From: Klebsiella pneumoniae
GTDB lineage: Bacteria; Pseudomonadota; Gammaproteobacteria; Pseudomonadales; UBA5518
NCBI GenBank assembly: GCA_945862145.1
Contig: CAMAXE010000003.1
Coordinates: 164,139-228,138 of the forward strand
Direction of reading: 5' to 3'
Length of the DNA: 64,000 nt
The notes under the pieces were generated by a model that was not told the DNA's origin, made no database searches, and saw only the letters and a program-made list of their open reading frames with translations. Of this stretch, positions 62,332 through 64,000 are shown piece after piece. Made by a program: the position numbers and the translations under genes. Within the stretch, counting starts at the first letter, position 1, and the number at the start of each line of letters is the position of its first letter.

Positions 62332-63324
62332 ATGAAACCGTCGGTGTTCGCTCTCCTGCTCGTCGCGGCGACAGCCCCGGCGGCCGGGCTCGTGCGGGCG
62401 CTGGAGCCGACGCTTGTTCTCTATCCGGTGGTGGAGTTGCCGGTGGTGGTTGCAGGCGCGGCCTCGCCCACCATTGCGGTGAGCCGTCTGGCGCGCGTGG
62501 TCGCGCCGCGAGCCGAGCGCGAGGCCCTGCGTGCGGCCAGCGTTCCGGTGTCGGCTCTCGAGGGGCGCGGCCGACTCGACAAGGCCGAGATGGCCGCATT
62601 GCTCCATGCGGTGCCGGGTCTCGAGGAATTCGCCGTGGTGGGGCCGGCGTCGGTACGCGTGCAGGCGCAGCCCTCGCCGCAGCGCAGCTCGCTGATGTTG
62701 GACGAGGCGCAGACATTCCTGCAGCAGTATGCGGCCGCTGCCTGGCCTGATCGCTACCGCAATTTGTCGTTTGCCTTCGTGGGCAAGCAGGGCGCCGTCC
62801 CGCTGGGAGCGCATGCGCAATGGCGTTTCGATGCCGCGGGTCTCGCGCAGTTGCGCCGGCGTACGCCGGTGTGGCTGGTGCTCGATGACGCCGGCAAGAC
62901 CGAGCGCCTGCCGCTGTGGTTCAAGGTCGGCGGTGAAGTACGGGCGTGGAATGCCATCGATGATTTGCCCGGGCACACCATCGCCGGCGAGAACCTGTTT
63001 GCCGAGGGATGGGCGGATATCGCGCAGGTGGATCCGGCCGCATTAGCCGCTCCGGCGCCGGACCAGCAGCTCAGCGTGGCGCTTAAGGCCGGTGACATCC
63101 TTGTCGCGCGGCATCTGGAGCGCGCGCCGGCGGTGCAGTTCGGCGCCGATGCGCTGGTGGTCTCCCGGGCCGGCGGCATCGAGGTCACCGCCACGGCCAC
63201 GGCGCTTCGCACGGGCTTTGTCGGCGACACCATCGCGTTGAAGGCGCGCAGTTCCGAGGAAGAGTTCGATGCCGTGGTGACGGGGCAAAATCGCGTCGAA
63301 ATCGTGCAGGGTGGGAGTCGCTAG
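62332..63324 (+). CDS. flgA: Flagellar P-ring assembly chaperone FlgA (long form, 330 aa)
   Basis: Signal peptide MKPSVFALLLVAATAPAAG. The C-terminal SAF/FlgA domain carries GDILVARHLERAPAVQFGADALVVSRAGGIEVTATATALRTGFVGDTIALK. Confidence 0.8.
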   Translation: MKPSVFALLLVAATAPAAGLVRALEPTLVLYPVVELPVVVAGAASPTIAVSRLARVVAPRAEREALRAASVPVSALEGRGRLDKAEMAALLHAVPGLEEFAVVGPASVRVQAQPSPQRSSLMLDEAQTFLQQYAAAAWPDRYRNLSFAFVGKQGAVPLGAHAQWRFDAAGLAQLRRRTPVWLVLDDAGKTERLPLWFKVGGEVRAWNAIDDLPGHTIAGENLFAEGWADIAQVDPAALAAPAPDQQLSVALKAGDILVARHLERAPAVQFGADALVVSRAGGIEVTATATALRTGFVGDTIALKARSSEEEFDAVVTGQNRVEIVQGGSR

Positions 63325-63325
63325 C

Positions 63326-63928
63326 ATGCAGGTAACAGGTATGAAAACGATATGCCGTGTTGTGATCGCGACCGTGCTGCTCGCCGGGCTCGCGCCAGCC
63401 TCGCTGCTGCACGCCGAAAACCTCTACTCGGAGGGCAGCTACCAGTCTTTCGTGGCTGACAAGAAAGCCTTCCGGGTCGGTGACGCGCTCACCATCATCA
63501 TTCTCGAGAGCGCGCAGGCCAAGTCGGCCTCAGACCGCAAGGTGGGGCGTGATTACGGCCTCTCGGGTGACATCAACGCCGGCAGCTTGACCGATGAAGC
63601 CACGCTCAACCTCGGCGTGGATCGCGCCGCGGGCGATGTCACGCAGCGTGCCGGCACCCTGAAGGCGGCGATGACCGTGGCGGTCAAGTCGATCGACGAG
63701 GCCGGCAACCTGCACGTTGAGGGCAGCCAGCGCATCGCGCTCGATGGCGAGGAGCAGTTGATCAGTGTGAGCGGGACGATCCGTCCGGTCGATGTGGGCA
63801 CCGACAACACCGTGCCCTCGCCGCGCCTGCTCGACGCGAAGATCGCCTACAACGGCTACCCCGTGGCCGACGACGGCAAGAAACGGAACTGGGTCTACCG
63901 GTTCCTGAACACCATTGGCGTTTTCTGA
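63326..63928 (+). CDS. flgH: Flagellar L-ring protein FlgH (no lipobox Cys)
   Basis: FRVGDALTIIILESAQAKSAS.. is colinear with FlgH. The signal peptide ends LLAGLAPASLLHA|EN. The alternative start is at 63341. Confidence 0.88.
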   Translation: MQVTGMKTICRVVIATVLLAGLAPASLLHAENLYSEGSYQSFVADKKAFRVGDALTIIILESAQAKSASDRKVGRDYGLSGDINAGSLTDEATLNLGVDRAAGDVTQRAGTLKAAMTVAVKSIDEAGNLHVEGSQRIALDGEEQLISVSGTIRPVDVGTDNTVPSPRLLDAKIAYNGYPVADDGKKRNWVYRFLNTIGVF

Positions 63929-63932
63929 GGGC

Positions 63933-64000
63933 ATGGACATGGGACGTGCTGATGACTGGTTCGCCCGCGCGGGGCTCGCACTGTGGCTTTGTGCGGCTGC
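63933..64000 (+). CDS. Start of a secreted protein, probably P-ring protein FlgI (truncated by the window end)
   Basis: MDMGRADDWFARAGLALWLCAA is signal-peptide-like. The call rests only on its position after flgH. Confidence 0.4.
   Translation, partial: MDMGRADDWFARAGLALWLCAA

Noticed and set aside
1-64000. CRISPR arrays, insertion sequences, prophage or defence-system genes
   Set aside because: I saw no direct-repeat/spacer periodicity, no transposase, integrase or recombinase motifs, and no nuclease, ATPase or methylase gene sets. The only repeats found are the crotonase gene array and a 9-bp in-frame microsatellite.

Overview
High-GC (roughly 65-68% by eye) proteobacterial chromosome segment. 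No rRNA, tRNA, CRISPR, transposase or integrase was recognised. (1) Positions 1-37.4 kb are a dense acyl-CoA catabolic island. It holds five family-III CoA-transferase genes (two of them ~800-aa tandem two-domain fusions), an alpha-methylacyl-CoA racemase, five of the window's six acyl-CoA dehydrogenases, a thiolase and a double-hotdog hydratase. It also holds two SDRs, a PhyH dioxygenase, four tandem crotonase paralogs, a BVMO, an esterase, an LLM oxidoreductase, an amidohydrolase and three SnoaL/NTF2 proteins. (2) Embedded in the island at 16.2-20.0 kb is a compact mau-type (TTQ) amine dehydrogenase cluster, mauB-mauA-cytochrome c-mauE-mauD, divergent from an HxlR regulator. No mauG, mauF or amicyanin occurs in the window. 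(3) Positions 37.4-50.8 kb carry uptake and oxidation genes: a small unknown protein, an MFS transporter, a TonB-dependent receptor, cytochrome c plus a PQQ dehydrogenase, an ACAD, fadB, a nitronate monooxygenase-like protein and a hydrolase. (4) Positions 50.8-55.6 kb hold an orphan coiled-coil protein, a gene-less hairpin-rich spacer, and housekeeping genes (rsuA-like, FAD-linked oxidase, lipoprotein). (5) Positions 55.6-64 kb hold a TPR protein and a flagellar block, fliQ-fliR-flhB-flhA-flgF-flgG-flgA-flgH-(flgI), with an atypical gene order and no adjacent fliP. The most interesting signals are recurring catalytic/degenerate enzyme pairings (split versus fused CoA-transferases, an SDR pair, an ACAD pair), the four-fold array of crotonases lacking both canonical catalytic glutamates, and the MauG-less TTQ cluster. 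All alignments were made by eye, and gene starts are best guesses from ribosome-binding sites and homolog N-termini.
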